DNA of 64,000 nt from an uncultured Thermoplasmata archaeon. GTDB lineage: Archaea > Thermoplasmatota > Thermoplasmata > Halarchaeoplasmatales > Halarchaeoplasmataceae. Positions 40,668-49,719 of the stretch are shown piece after piece (within the stretch, counting starts at the first letter, position 1; every line of letters begins with the position of its first letter). The position numbers were made by a program, and so were the translations under genes. The DNA is taken from the NCBI GenBank assembly GCA_964394465.1, contig CAYMXS010000006.1, positions 5,836 to 69,835 of the forward strand, in the 5' to 3' direction. The notes beneath the pieces were generated by a model. That model saw only the letters and a program-made list of their open reading frames with translations, ran no database searches and was not told the origin of the DNA.

Positions 40668-41672
40668 ATGAACTCCAAGATAGTTATAGGTAAAGACGTG
40701 GATCTGCCCCTGACGGGCGCCCTCCCCTTCGGTATCATCGATAGAGGTACGGATCTTTTTCAGGTAAGGCCCGTCTCCGGATGCAATCTCCGCTGCCCGT
40801 TCTGTTCCGTCGACGAGGGGCCGTGCGGGAAGAAGAAGACAAGGTATGAAGTCGATCTGGATTACATGGTAGAATACGCTCAGGCATTGATCTCTCGAAA
40901 GAACTGCAGTGAGATAGAGATGCACATCGACGGATGCGGAGAACCGACACTTTATGACGATCTAAATTATCTTGTTGATATCCTGTCAGAGATGGATAAA
41001 GTGAAAACGGTCTCCATGCAGTCTAATGGAACTCTTTTAAAAGAAGAGGATATAGAGACGCTGGAGAGAGCTGGTTTAGACAGACTCAACCTGACCATGA
41101 ACGCTCTCGAGAGCGATCTCGCCGAGGAACTGGCCGGGACCCAGAACTACGATCTAGAACATGTGAAGGATATAGCGAAAAGGATCGGAGAGAGCAAGAT
41201 AGAACTGCTGGTCGCTCCGGTCTGGATCCCAGGGGTGAACGACCAGGAGATGGAGAAGATAATAGACTTCGTGAAAGAGGTGCAGGCTGAAAACAGGTTT
41301 CCAAGGTTGGGCATACAGAAGTACAGAGAGCACAAAAGGGGACGTAAGATAGAAGGCGTTTCACCGATGGATTGGAACCCCTTTTTTGAGGAACTGAAAG
41401 AGATGGAAGAGAGAAAAAAGGTGAAACTCCTTCTTCGGCCTGAGGATTTCGACATCAAGAGTTGTGATTTCGCCCTTCCAAAGGTGATGAAGAGGGGGGA
41501 GAAGGTGAACGTTAAGCTGGAAGGGGAAGGCTGGATGAATGATCAAAAGTTGGGCGTTGCAAGGAAAAGGACCGTTACCGTAGTGAACTCCGATGGGATG
41601 TCCATCGGGAACGATGTGAAGGTGGAGATCTTGAGGAACAAGCACAATCTCTACGTTGGTAGGCCGATCTAG
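40668..41672 (+). CDS. Radical SAM protein with a C-terminal TRAM domain
   Basis: CNLRCPFC (CxxxCxxC), GEP, QSNG; TRAM-like C-terminus. Confidence 0.9.
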   Translation: MNSKIVIGKDVDLPLTGALPFGIIDRGTDLFQVRPVSGCNLRCPFCSVDEGPCGKKKTRYEVDLDYMVEYAQALISRKNCSEIEMHIDGCGEPTLYDDLNYLVDILSEMDKVKTVSMQSNGTLLKEEDIETLERAGLDRLNLTMNALESDLAEELAGTQNYDLEHVKDIAKRIGESKIELLVAPVWIPGVNDQEMEKIIDFVKEVQAENRFPRLGIQKYREHKRGRKIEGVSPMDWNPFFEELKEMEERKKVKLLLRPEDFDIKSCDFALPKVMKRGEKVNVKLEGEGWMNDQKLGVARKRTVTVVNSDGMSIGNDVKVEILRNKHNLYVGRPI

Positions 41673-41751
41673 ATCTTTGCCAAGGACAAGAAAAGACTTT
41701 TATTCCAAAAATGCCTTTACAAAGCCAAATCAATAAGAGGATAGAGATAAG

Positions 41752-42567
41752 ATGATAGGAAGAGAGAACAAGAGAAAGGTCAACCTTTTAGGCGAAGCTG
41801 GTGTGGGCAAAACTTCTTTGATACTTCGTTTCGTTAAGAACGTCTTCGGAGAAGAATACCTGAAGACCATAGGAACAAATATCTACACGAAGAAGGTCCC
41901 TGTCACCGGCTCCGAGGTGAAGCTAGTTCTTCATGACATAATGGGGGATACGGATTTTGACACCGTGCGTGAGACCGCATTCCAAAAATCCACCGGTGCC
42001 ATAGCCGTGGCGGACTGCCTGAGAAAGGAGACATTGGATAGACTGGTTGAGGACTGGCTGCCCATGTATAAGGAGGCTTCTGTAGACAATGCCCCTGTCA
42101 TCCTTGCCGTAAATAAGGTGGATCTAGATGACCAGGAGATCACTGAAGAACTGGTAGCTAACGATTGGCAGGTCTATTTCGACAGCGTCTTCTACACCTC
42201 GGCCAAGACCGGCAAGAACGTGGAAGATATGTTCAACGAGCTGGGATTCAGAACCATATATAACAAGCCCTCCTTGGCCAGGAAGGGAGAGGATATGATA
42301 ACGATGGATAGAGTGATAGACGAACCAAGAGGATTGATGTCCGCCCTTCTTACTTACGCTTCCGTCAAGGGTGATATGCCCTATTCTACTAGAGAAGAGA
42401 TCTTCGAGAAGAGCGGGATCGACAAGTTTTCCCTAGACGAAGGTATATCGGAGAAAGAAGTATTGACTTTTGCCGATGGTCTTATAGAGTGGTATGAGGA
42501 GGACGGGGATCCAGATTCGGCTTCAGCCACTGAAAGCCTGGTCGAAAAATATGAAAAAGATTCTTAG
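41752..42567 (+). CDS. Rab/Ras-like small GTPase with a ~100-aa C-terminal helical domain
   Basis: G1 GEAGVGKT, G2 TIG, G3 DIMG, G4 NKVD, G5 SAKTG. Confidence 0.92.
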   Translation: MIGRENKRKVNLLGEAGVGKTSLILRFVKNVFGEEYLKTIGTNIYTKKVPVTGSEVKLVLHDIMGDTDFDTVRETAFQKSTGAIAVADCLRKETLDRLVEDWLPMYKEASVDNAPVILAVNKVDLDDQEITEELVANDWQVYFDSVFYTSAKTGKNVEDMFNELGFRTIYNKPSLARKGEDMITMDRVIDEPRGLMSALLTYASVKGDMPYSTREEIFEKSGIDKFSLDEGISEKEVLTFADGLIEWYEEDGDPDSASATESLVEKYEKDS

Positions 42568-42588
42568 AGAACTCAGTGTCAAATCAAG

Positions 42589-43398
42589 ATGATAGGTAAC
42601 GAGAAGAGAAGAAAGGTGAACCTACTAGGTGAAACCAAAGTGGGCAAGACCGCCTTGGTACTCCGTTTCGTGGAAGACATATATGGAGAGGAATATCTGA
42701 AGACTATAGGCACGAACGTTTATACCAAGAAGGTCCCGGTCACGGGGTCGATGGTGAAGTTGGTCATACACGATATCATGGGTGATACCGACTTCGAGAC
42801 CGTTCGGGAGGTGGCCTTTCAGAAGTCCACTGGAGCCATTGCGGTAGTTGATCACAAGAGAGAAGAAACGTTGGACAGGCTGATCGAGGATTGGCTGCCC
42901 CTGTATAAAAAAGAAGCTGTGGACAACGCACCTATCATCTTGGCTATCAACAATCTAGAGGACGAGGATATAAGAGAAGAGGTAGTTAGTGACGAGGTGC
43001 TATTCTATTTCGATTCAGTATTCTATACATCTGCAAAAACGGGAAAAAACGTGCAGGATGTTTTCAGAGAACTCGGATTCAACTGCATCTATAACCAGCC
43101 CTCTATGATAAGGAAAGGGGAAGAATTCGTGGTCAAAGATAAAACACTAGAGACCCCAAAGAAGTTGTTATCCGCCCTCCTCACCTACGCCTCAGTCAAG
43201 GGGGACATGCCCTACTCGACCAGAGAAGAGATATTCGAAGAGAGCGGGATAGATAAATTCTCATTGGATGAAAAGATCTCGGAGGAGGAGGTTTTGTCAT
43301 TCGGTAATGGACTCATCCGATGGTATGAAAAAGATGGGGATGACGGATCCGCCTCCGCCACTAGTGATCTGATCGGAAAATATGAGAGAGAGTCCTAG
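42589..43398 (+). CDS. Rab/Ras-like small GTPase paralog with a degenerate G4
   Basis: G1 GETKVGKT, G2 TIG, G3 DIMG, G4 NNLE, G5 SAKTG; tandem duplicate of the upstream gene. Confidence 0.9.
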   Translation: MIGNEKRRKVNLLGETKVGKTALVLRFVEDIYGEEYLKTIGTNVYTKKVPVTGSMVKLVIHDIMGDTDFETVREVAFQKSTGAIAVVDHKREETLDRLIEDWLPLYKKEAVDNAPIILAINNLEDEDIREEVVSDEVLFYFDSVFYTSAKTGKNVQDVFRELGFNCIYNQPSMIRKGEEFVVKDKTLETPKKLLSALLTYASVKGDMPYSTREEIFEESGIDKFSLDEKISEEEVLSFGNGLIRWYEKDGDDGSASATSDLIGKYERES

Positions 43399-43413
43399 AG
43401 GATTAGATACGAA

Positions 43414-46400
43414 CTAATCCTCTTCTTGGAATATCTGCTTCAGCTTCTCTCTTGCACCTCTGAGCTTCTCCATGTCTCCGTCCCAGTCCTCGAGTTCTTC
43501 TTCATACTCATCCTCAATATCCTCTATAGTTTCCTGTATGCTGCCGATCTCTTCGTCGGTCAGTTCTCCAGAGTATTTGACCGCTATGTACACGTACTCC
43601 CCTCTCTTGATCACTATCTTGTTGTCCTGGAACTCCAGTTTGTCTATGCTCCAGTCGTCTTCATCCTTGAATGAGTCCTTGATGAAGTTCTGTATGGCTG
43701 TCAGCATGCCCGCCATGACGTCCTCATCCATATCCGGCCTTAGCCTTCTCGTCTCATGGGCTATCAGCATGGCATCGTTCCCTATGAGGAATATCTCGTC
43801 GATGATGGCCTCTTCTTCCTCTTCACCGAGATATTGTGTATAGACGTAAGCGGCGGCTCCGGTTGACCCTATGATGATGAGGAATAAAAGCCAAAGGTAT
43901 CCATCTTGAGAGGATGAAGAAGCTGATCCTTTCGATTCGTCCACCCCAAAGGTCTGCTCTCCTGAACTGTTCCAGTTGTCAGATGAATCCTTTACGCAGA
44001 TGGTATAACTGTAGGTACCAGGATGGGAGTACGTCGAATTGTAGTACCATCTTTCTTCCGTCAACGATTTCATACTCTCATTGCGATGGGTTCCATCCGG
44101 ATAAATCAGATTGATCCAGACATCTTCTATCTCATGATTATCCCTGACCTCTGCCGTGATATTGACATGGTCTCCGGTTTCCTGTGGGTCGGGGGATACG
44201 AACATGTTCGATATGCCCGGTCTTATCGTATCTTCTATCCTGAAGTAGTGCCCACCGGAGGTGTTCCAGTTTGATGAAGCATCTCTCGCTAGGATCTCAT
44301 AACCATACATCCCGGTCTTGCTGTAAGTAGAATTGTAGTACCATAGTTCTCCCGGAGTAGAGTTCATACTGATATTTCGGCGGTCTCCTCCAGGTAGGTC
44401 TATGACCAGCCAGATCCCACTTATCTCTCCCTCATGAGTCACCTCGGCTGTAATATTCACATGTCCTCCGGTATCTTGAGGTTCTGGAAAAGCCACTACG
44501 CTCTGTATGTTCGGAGGCGTTTTTTCCTCAATCTCGAAGGAACGAGCGGTAGAACTGTTCCAGTTGTTCGACGGGTCTTTCGCTACGATCGTGAAACCAT
44601 GAATCCCAGAGGTGTTGTAAGTGGAGTTATAGTACCATATATCTCCTGACCCTGATTCCATACTCTTATTCTGGATATGTCCATCGGGACCGGTGATATT
44701 TACCAAGACATGGCTGACATGATCATCATCAGTTACAGCAGCGGTGATATTCACATGATCTCCTGGCTCTTGGGTTCCAGGCGTACTTACCACGTCTGAT
44801 ATCTCTGGAGCTTCGATATCTTCTATCTCAAAGGAATGGACGATAGTTGCATTCCAGTTATCCCCTGTATCTTTGGCGCAGATCGTATAATCATGTACAC
44901 CAAGCTCATCGTAGTGGGAGTTATAGTACCATCCATCATACGGTCCAGGTTCCATACTACTATTTTGTTCATCTCCTCCTGGAAAGACGATGTTTATCCA
45001 TACCGCTTCCAACTGATCGTTATCGGTTATATCGGCAGTTATATTGATGTGTCCTCCCTTCCCCTGCTTGTTTGGCAAGGCTGAAACGTTCGAGATCTCT
45101 GGTTCGATAGAGTCCTCGATCACGAAGGTATGGCCGCTTGAACTGTTCCAATTATTTACGGTATCGTCCGCCCAGATGGCATAACTGTACTCCCCCAGTT
45201 CGGTATAGGTGGAGTTATAGTACCATGAATTCTCCTGGGATGGGGCCATGGTTAGATTATAATGATCACCGTCGGGGTCGGTGATATTGATCCATACCTC
45301 GCCGACCCGATGGTTATCGGTCACGCTAGCGCTTATATTGACATATCCATTTAGCCCTTGAGTCTCAGGTGAGTTGACCACATCCGATATCACAGGGGCT
45401 TCGATATCCACTATGTCAAAAGACCGCACCTCAGTGGTGTTCACGTTACCAGATGTATCGTTCGCCCAGATGGTATATTCATAGGTCCCCGGTACGGTAT
45501 AAGTCGAATTATAGAACCACAGAGATACCATGTTTGATACCATACTCCTGTTCTGATGGGTACCGTCTGGCTTGGTTATGTTCACCCAGACCTCTCCGAC
45601 TTCATGATCGTCAGTTATGTTAGCGCTTATATTGACGTAACCTTCAGTTTCCTGAGGATCGGGCGAAACCATGACCTCATTTATCTCTGGAGCGGTACTA
45701 TCGACGACCAAAAAGTTATGACCACTCGAACTTGCTTGGTTACCCCAGGTATCGTTCGCCAGGACAGTAAAATCATATTTACCCAATTCGGAATAGGTAG
45801 AGTTGTAGTACCACATATTATATTGTGATTTTGTCATATTCTTTATGATATGTTCTCCGTCCGGATAGGTTATATTGACCCATACTTTTTTGAGCTCAGA
45901 AGTATCGGTGACCTTTGCAGTTATGTTTACGGTTCTTCCCACGTTCTGTTCCTGAGGTGTCACCTCTACATTGTTGATATCTGGCGGATCAGTTTCCATG
46001 ATGGTAAAATCATGGCCGCTGGAGGTGTTCCAGTTCTTAGAGGTATCATTCGCCCAGATGGTATAATCATAGGTCCCTAACTCGGTATAGGTCTCGTTAT
46101 AGTACCATCGATCACCGGGCCCCTTGTCCATACTCACGTTTTGATGATTACCGCCTGGGTAATAGATATCTACCTTTACTTTTTTGAGCTTATGGTTATC
46201 TGTTATATTGGCTGTGATATTGACATACTCCCCTATCACTTGTACATTCGGCACAGCCTTTACATCCGATATCTTGGGAGATATGGTATCATTTATCTCG
46301 AAGGTCTGACCTGTGGAGCGATTCCGGTTGTTAGATGTGTCATTCGCCCATATCCTATACTCATAACTCCCTGGCACATAGTAGGTAGAATTGTGATACC

Positions 46401-49400
46401 ATCCATCCTCCAACCCTGAGTTCATGCTCACATTTTGATAGGTCCCGTTAGGACCCGTTATATTGACCCAGACCTCGTCCAACTGATGGTTATCGGTTAT
46501 ATCAGCCGTTATATTGACATATCTCCCAGGTTCTTGAGGATCAGGTGAGGCACTGATGTTGTCTATCTCTGGTTCGAGGGTATCCTCTATCAAAAATGTC
46601 TCCTCCCGGGAGTGGTTCAGATTGCCAGCGGTGTCATTCGCGTAGATCACGTAGTGATAGGTACCTAAGACGGTATAATTGGATTCAAAATACCATTTAT
46701 CCCCTGTACCGGGATCCATACTCACATTTTGGTACATACTGTTCGGATGGGTGATGTTAAGCCAGACCTCGTCAACTTGAGCGTTATCGGTTATATCAGC
46801 CGTTATATTCACGGGCCCTCCGGTCTTCTGTTGATTAGGATCGGCTGAAACGTTCGATATCTTTGGGTCTATCGGGTCCACTATCTCGAAGGTATGGGCA
46901 CCTGTTGCGGTCGTATCCCAGTTATTAGATGTATCGTTCGCAGCGATGACGTAATAGTGGATGCCCACACTGTGATAGGTGGAGTTATAATACCATTGCC
47001 CACCCTGACCCTGGACCATACTATTATTTACATAACCACCACTAGGATAGGATATATTGACACAGACTTTCCCCAGGTTATAGTTATCTGATACATTTGC
47101 GGTGATATTCACATGTCCACCGGCCTGTATATAATCAGGAGAGGCCATAACATCCGATATCTGAGGCGGAGATAGATCCACTATCTCAAAATAGTGTACA
47201 TCTGAGATGTTCCAGTTGTTAGAATCGTCCTGAGCTAAAATCCTATAGGTGTAATTCCCCAAAAGAGTATAATTTGACTCGTGATACCATTCATCCCCTA
47301 TACCTGGGTCCATACTAACGTTCTCGAAAGTACTGTTCGGATAGGTGATGTTGACATAGACTTCATTCACATGAGCGTTATCAGTCACATTGGCTGTGAT
47401 ATTGACATATCTGTCCGTCTCCTGTGGGTCCGGCTTGGCATCCACATCTGTTATCTCAGGAGGTGCATCATCGTATATGGTGATGGTAACGTTCGCGGTA
47501 TCGGCCTTGCCGGCCCCGTCCTCTATCTTGTACGTGTAATTGTCCGTACATGAATAGTTAGTGTTAGGTTTATATTGTATCTCCCCTGTCGTATGATTGG
47601 TTGTGGCTATAGAACCATCAGATGGAGGGGTTATGATTGTTATAGACGTATAATTCAGATCGTCATTATCGTCAACATCGTTGATAGTAACATTCGTCCA
47701 CACATCGCCTCCCGCGGCACAGCTGTCCGAATCGTCTTTAGCCAAGGGCGCATCGTTTACTTCGTTAACGGTGATGTTTACCGTAGCTATATTAGATGTG
47801 ATGCCATCGGTGTCATCGACCGTATAATTGAAACTGTCCAAACCAGAATAGTTGGTGTCCGGCATATATCTTATCTCGCCAGTAGTACCATTTACCGATG
47901 TTGAGCCATGGGCTGGTCCGCTGGTTACCGTCACCGTGGAGGGATCAAGCGAGCCTTCCGAGGCAGTATCATTGGCAAGCACATCGCACAAAACTGCTGT
48001 ATCTTCGTCAGTTATATTTTGATCGTCATTGGCCGTCGGAGGGGCCTTTATGGTGAAATTTTTCTGGCTGGAACTGTTCCAGTTATCTGAGGTGTCATTC
48101 GCCCAGACAGTATAATTACAGGTGCCTAGGGAAGTGTATGTAGAATTGTAGTACCACAGATCATCTGTAGACCGGTTCATACTCACATTCTGATGACTGC
48201 TGTCAGGATAAGTGATGTTTACAGAGACTTTTTTTACTTCGTGAATGTCATTTACCTGTGCAGTTATATTCACCCATCCTCCAATCCCTTGGGGATCCGG
48301 TAAAGCTGATACGTTTGATACCTTCGGAGCGGTGGTATCTTCGATTTTAAAATTATGAATAGAAGTTTTCGCCCAGTTATCCGAGGTGTCGTTCGCCCAT
48401 ATAATATAATCATAAGTCCCCGTTGAAGTATAAGTTGAGTTGTAGTACCACAGACCACTCCCTCCCAGAGACATGCTTTCGTTTTGAGAAGTGCCATTTG
48501 GATGAGTGATATTGACCCATGCTTTGCCCACTTCATGATTATCTTCTACATCGGCACTGATATTGACATATCCTCCCGTTTCTTGAGTAGATGGACCCGT
48601 AACGTTATAGATGGTCGGTGCGATGGTGTCTTCTACATCATACCAATTACTGGAAGAACTATTCCAGTTGTTCGATGTATCGTTCGCCTCAATCGAATAG
48701 TATATACCCGTAGCGTTATTCCAGACAGAAATGTTTAGCCAGTAATTGGTTGAGGGCTTCATACTTTGGTTAAACCACTTGCCGTATCCGCCTGATGACT
48801 CCAATTTATATCTTAACCAGACCGTGTCAACTTCAGCATTATCCGTGACGTTAGCCGTGACGTTGAAAGATCCTCCGGTTGTTGGCGTTCTAGTGGTGGT
48901 ATCTTGAATCTCTGGCTTAGCTGTATCGTTCGTTTTAACGCTTATATCGTCAGCACGGAGAGAGCAATTTACCTGCTGAGAGCCTGAGGTGATGACGTCA
49001 ACATATAATTCCACGCTCACCTTATTGACTTTCCCCACTGGTGTATAATCCTTGTTCAGAGGGTGAAAATTATTCCAACCCGTGGACCCTTCTCCTAAAT
49101 CATCCCAGTAGGTAGATTTACTGTATATCTGCTTCCACCCAATAGTAGTATCGTTGACTGAGACTCTGGCAGTAGCTGTGATATTTTCTGCATCATACTC
49201 CGTAATATCATTTATTGTGCAATTGAAAGCTCCGTTCACGATGACTTCTTTTTTGATATCACCGATGCTTTGGGTCCAATTTCCCATTTGAGTGGCATCT
49301 GATTCTAAAGAAACCTCTACATATGTCTCGATACAGCCACTTCCATCACTGGTATTGGTGTGAGTGCTATCATAACGGTTACCATTTTCATCAGGTGATC

Positions 49401-49566
49401 CCTGACTATACTCTGATAAAGACCAGGATTCATATGAGCCATTGAATCCTCCATTCTCCACAAGCTCATACCTGACTGTATCCGCCTGTACCTCCTCTGT
49501 ACAGTTTATGCTAACGAGAGCGAAGAGTAACAGAACGGTCAATAGTATGGCTATCTTTCTTTTCAT
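43414..49566 (-). CDS. Giant single-pass surface glycoprotein: ~15 Ig-like and 2 cadherin-like repeats, TM, cytoplasmic longin/roadblock-like domain
   Basis: Signal peptide MKRKIAILL..; ~96-aa repeats VNITAxVTDN..VWVNITxP..WYYNSTY..IWANDTSxNWN; TM YLWLLFLIIIGSTGAAAYVY; ~140-aa tail. Confidence 0.88.
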   Translation of the reverse strand: MKRKIAILLTVLLLFALVSINCTEEVQADTVRYELVENGGFNGSYESWSLSEYSQGSPDENGNRYDSTHTNTSDGSGCIETYVEVSLESDATQMGNWTQSIGDIKKEVIVNGAFNCTINDITEYDAENITATARVSVNDTTIGWKQIYSKSTYWDDLGEGSTGWNNFHPLNKDYTPVGKVNKVSVELYVDVITSGSQQVNCSLRADDISVKTNDTAKPEIQDTTTRTPTTGGSFNVTANVTDNAEVDTVWLRYKLESSGGYGKWFNQSMKPSTNYWLNISVWNNATGIYYSIEANDTSNNWNSSSSNWYDVEDTIAPTIYNVTGPSTQETGGYVNISADVEDNHEVGKAWVNITHPNGTSQNESMSLGGSGLWYYNSTYTSTGTYDYIIWANDTSDNWAKTSIHNFKIEDTTAPKVSNVSALPDPQGIGGWVNITAQVNDIHEVKKVSVNITYPDSSHQNVSMNRSTDDLWYYNSTYTSLGTCNYTVWANDTSDNWNSSSQKNFTIKAPPTANDDQNITDEDTAVLCDVLANDTASEGSLDPSTVTVTSGPAHGSTSVNGTTGEIRYMPDTNYSGLDSFNYTVDDTDGITSNIATVNITVNEVNDAPLAKDDSDSCAAGGDVWTNVTINDVDDNDDLNYTSITIITPPSDGSIATTNHTTGEIQYKPNTNYSCTDNYTYKIEDGAGKADTANVTITIYDDAPPEITDVDAKPDPQETDRYVNITANVTDNAHVNEVYVNITYPNSTFENVSMDPGIGDEWYHESNYTLLGNYTYRILAQDDSNNWNISDVHYFEIVDLSPPQISDVMASPDYIQAGGHVNITANVSDNYNLGKVCVNISYPSGGYVNNSMVQGQGGQWYYNSTYHSVGIHYYVIAANDTSNNWDTTATGAHTFEIVDPIDPKISNVSADPNQQKTGGPVNITADITDNAQVDEVWLNITHPNSMYQNVSMDPGTGDKWYFESNYTVLGTYHYVIYANDTAGNLNHSREETFLIEDTLEPEIDNISASPDPQEPGRYVNITADITDNHQLDEVWVNITGPNGTYQNVSMNSGLEDGWYHNSTYYVPGSYEYRIWANDTSNNRNRSTGQTFEINDTISPKISDVKAVPNVQVIGEYVNITANITDNHKLKKVKVDIYYPGGNHQNVSMDKGPGDRWYYNETYTELGTYDYTIWANDTSKNWNTSSGHDFTIMETDPPDINNVEVTPQEQNVGRTVNITAKVTDTSELKKVWVNITYPDGEHIIKNMTKSQYNMWYYNSTYSELGKYDFTVLANDTWGNQASSSGHNFLVVDSTAPEINEVMVSPDPQETEGYVNISANITDDHEVGEVWVNITKPDGTHQNRSMVSNMVSLWFYNSTYTVPGTYEYTIWANDTSGNVNTTEVRSFDIVDIEAPVISDVVNSPETQGLNGYVNISASVTDNHRVGEVWINITDPDGDHYNLTMAPSQENSWYYNSTYTELGEYSYAIWADDTVNNWNSSSGHTFVIEDSIEPEISNVSALPNKQGKGGHINITADITDNDQLEAVWINIVFPGGDEQNSSMEPGPYDGWYYNSHYDELGVHDYTICAKDTGDNWNATIVHSFEIEDIEAPEISDVVSTPGTQEPGDHVNITAAVTDDDHVSHVLVNITGPDGHIQNKSMESGSGDIWYYNSTYNTSGIHGFTIVAKDPSNNWNSSTARSFEIEEKTPPNIQSVVAFPEPQDTGGHVNITAEVTHEGEISGIWLVIDLPGGDRRNISMNSTPGELWYYNSTYSKTGMYGYEILARDASSNWNTSGGHYFRIEDTIRPGISNMFVSPDPQETGDHVNITAEVRDNHEIEDVWINLIYPDGTHRNESMKSLTEERWYYNSTYSHPGTYSYTICVKDSSDNWNSSGEQTFGVDESKGSASSSSQDGYLWLLFLIIIGSTGAAAYVYTQYLGEEEEEAIIDEIFLIGNDAMLIAHETRRLRPDMDEDVMAGMLTAIQNFIKDSFKDEDDWSIDKLEFQDNKIVIKRGEYVYIAVKYSGELTDEEIGSIQETIEDIEDEYEEELEDWDGDMEKLRGAREKLKQIFQEED

Positions 49567-49719
49567 CGTCCTCAACAGTTTTATTTTCACTCGCCGTATT
49601 CAACTGAATATTTTTAATACTTTTGATTGGCTTTAAGTAACTTGATGAGAACCTCCGGTTGATTTACCATCGCAACCGTTTAGTATCAAAAGGTCAGATG
49701 GCCGTTCTACGAGTCAACG

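Noticed and set aside
43900..48940. CRISPR array or DNA tandem repeat
   Set aside because: The ~290-bp periodicity is explained by diverged protein repeats; there are no identical short repeats with spacers and no cas genes.
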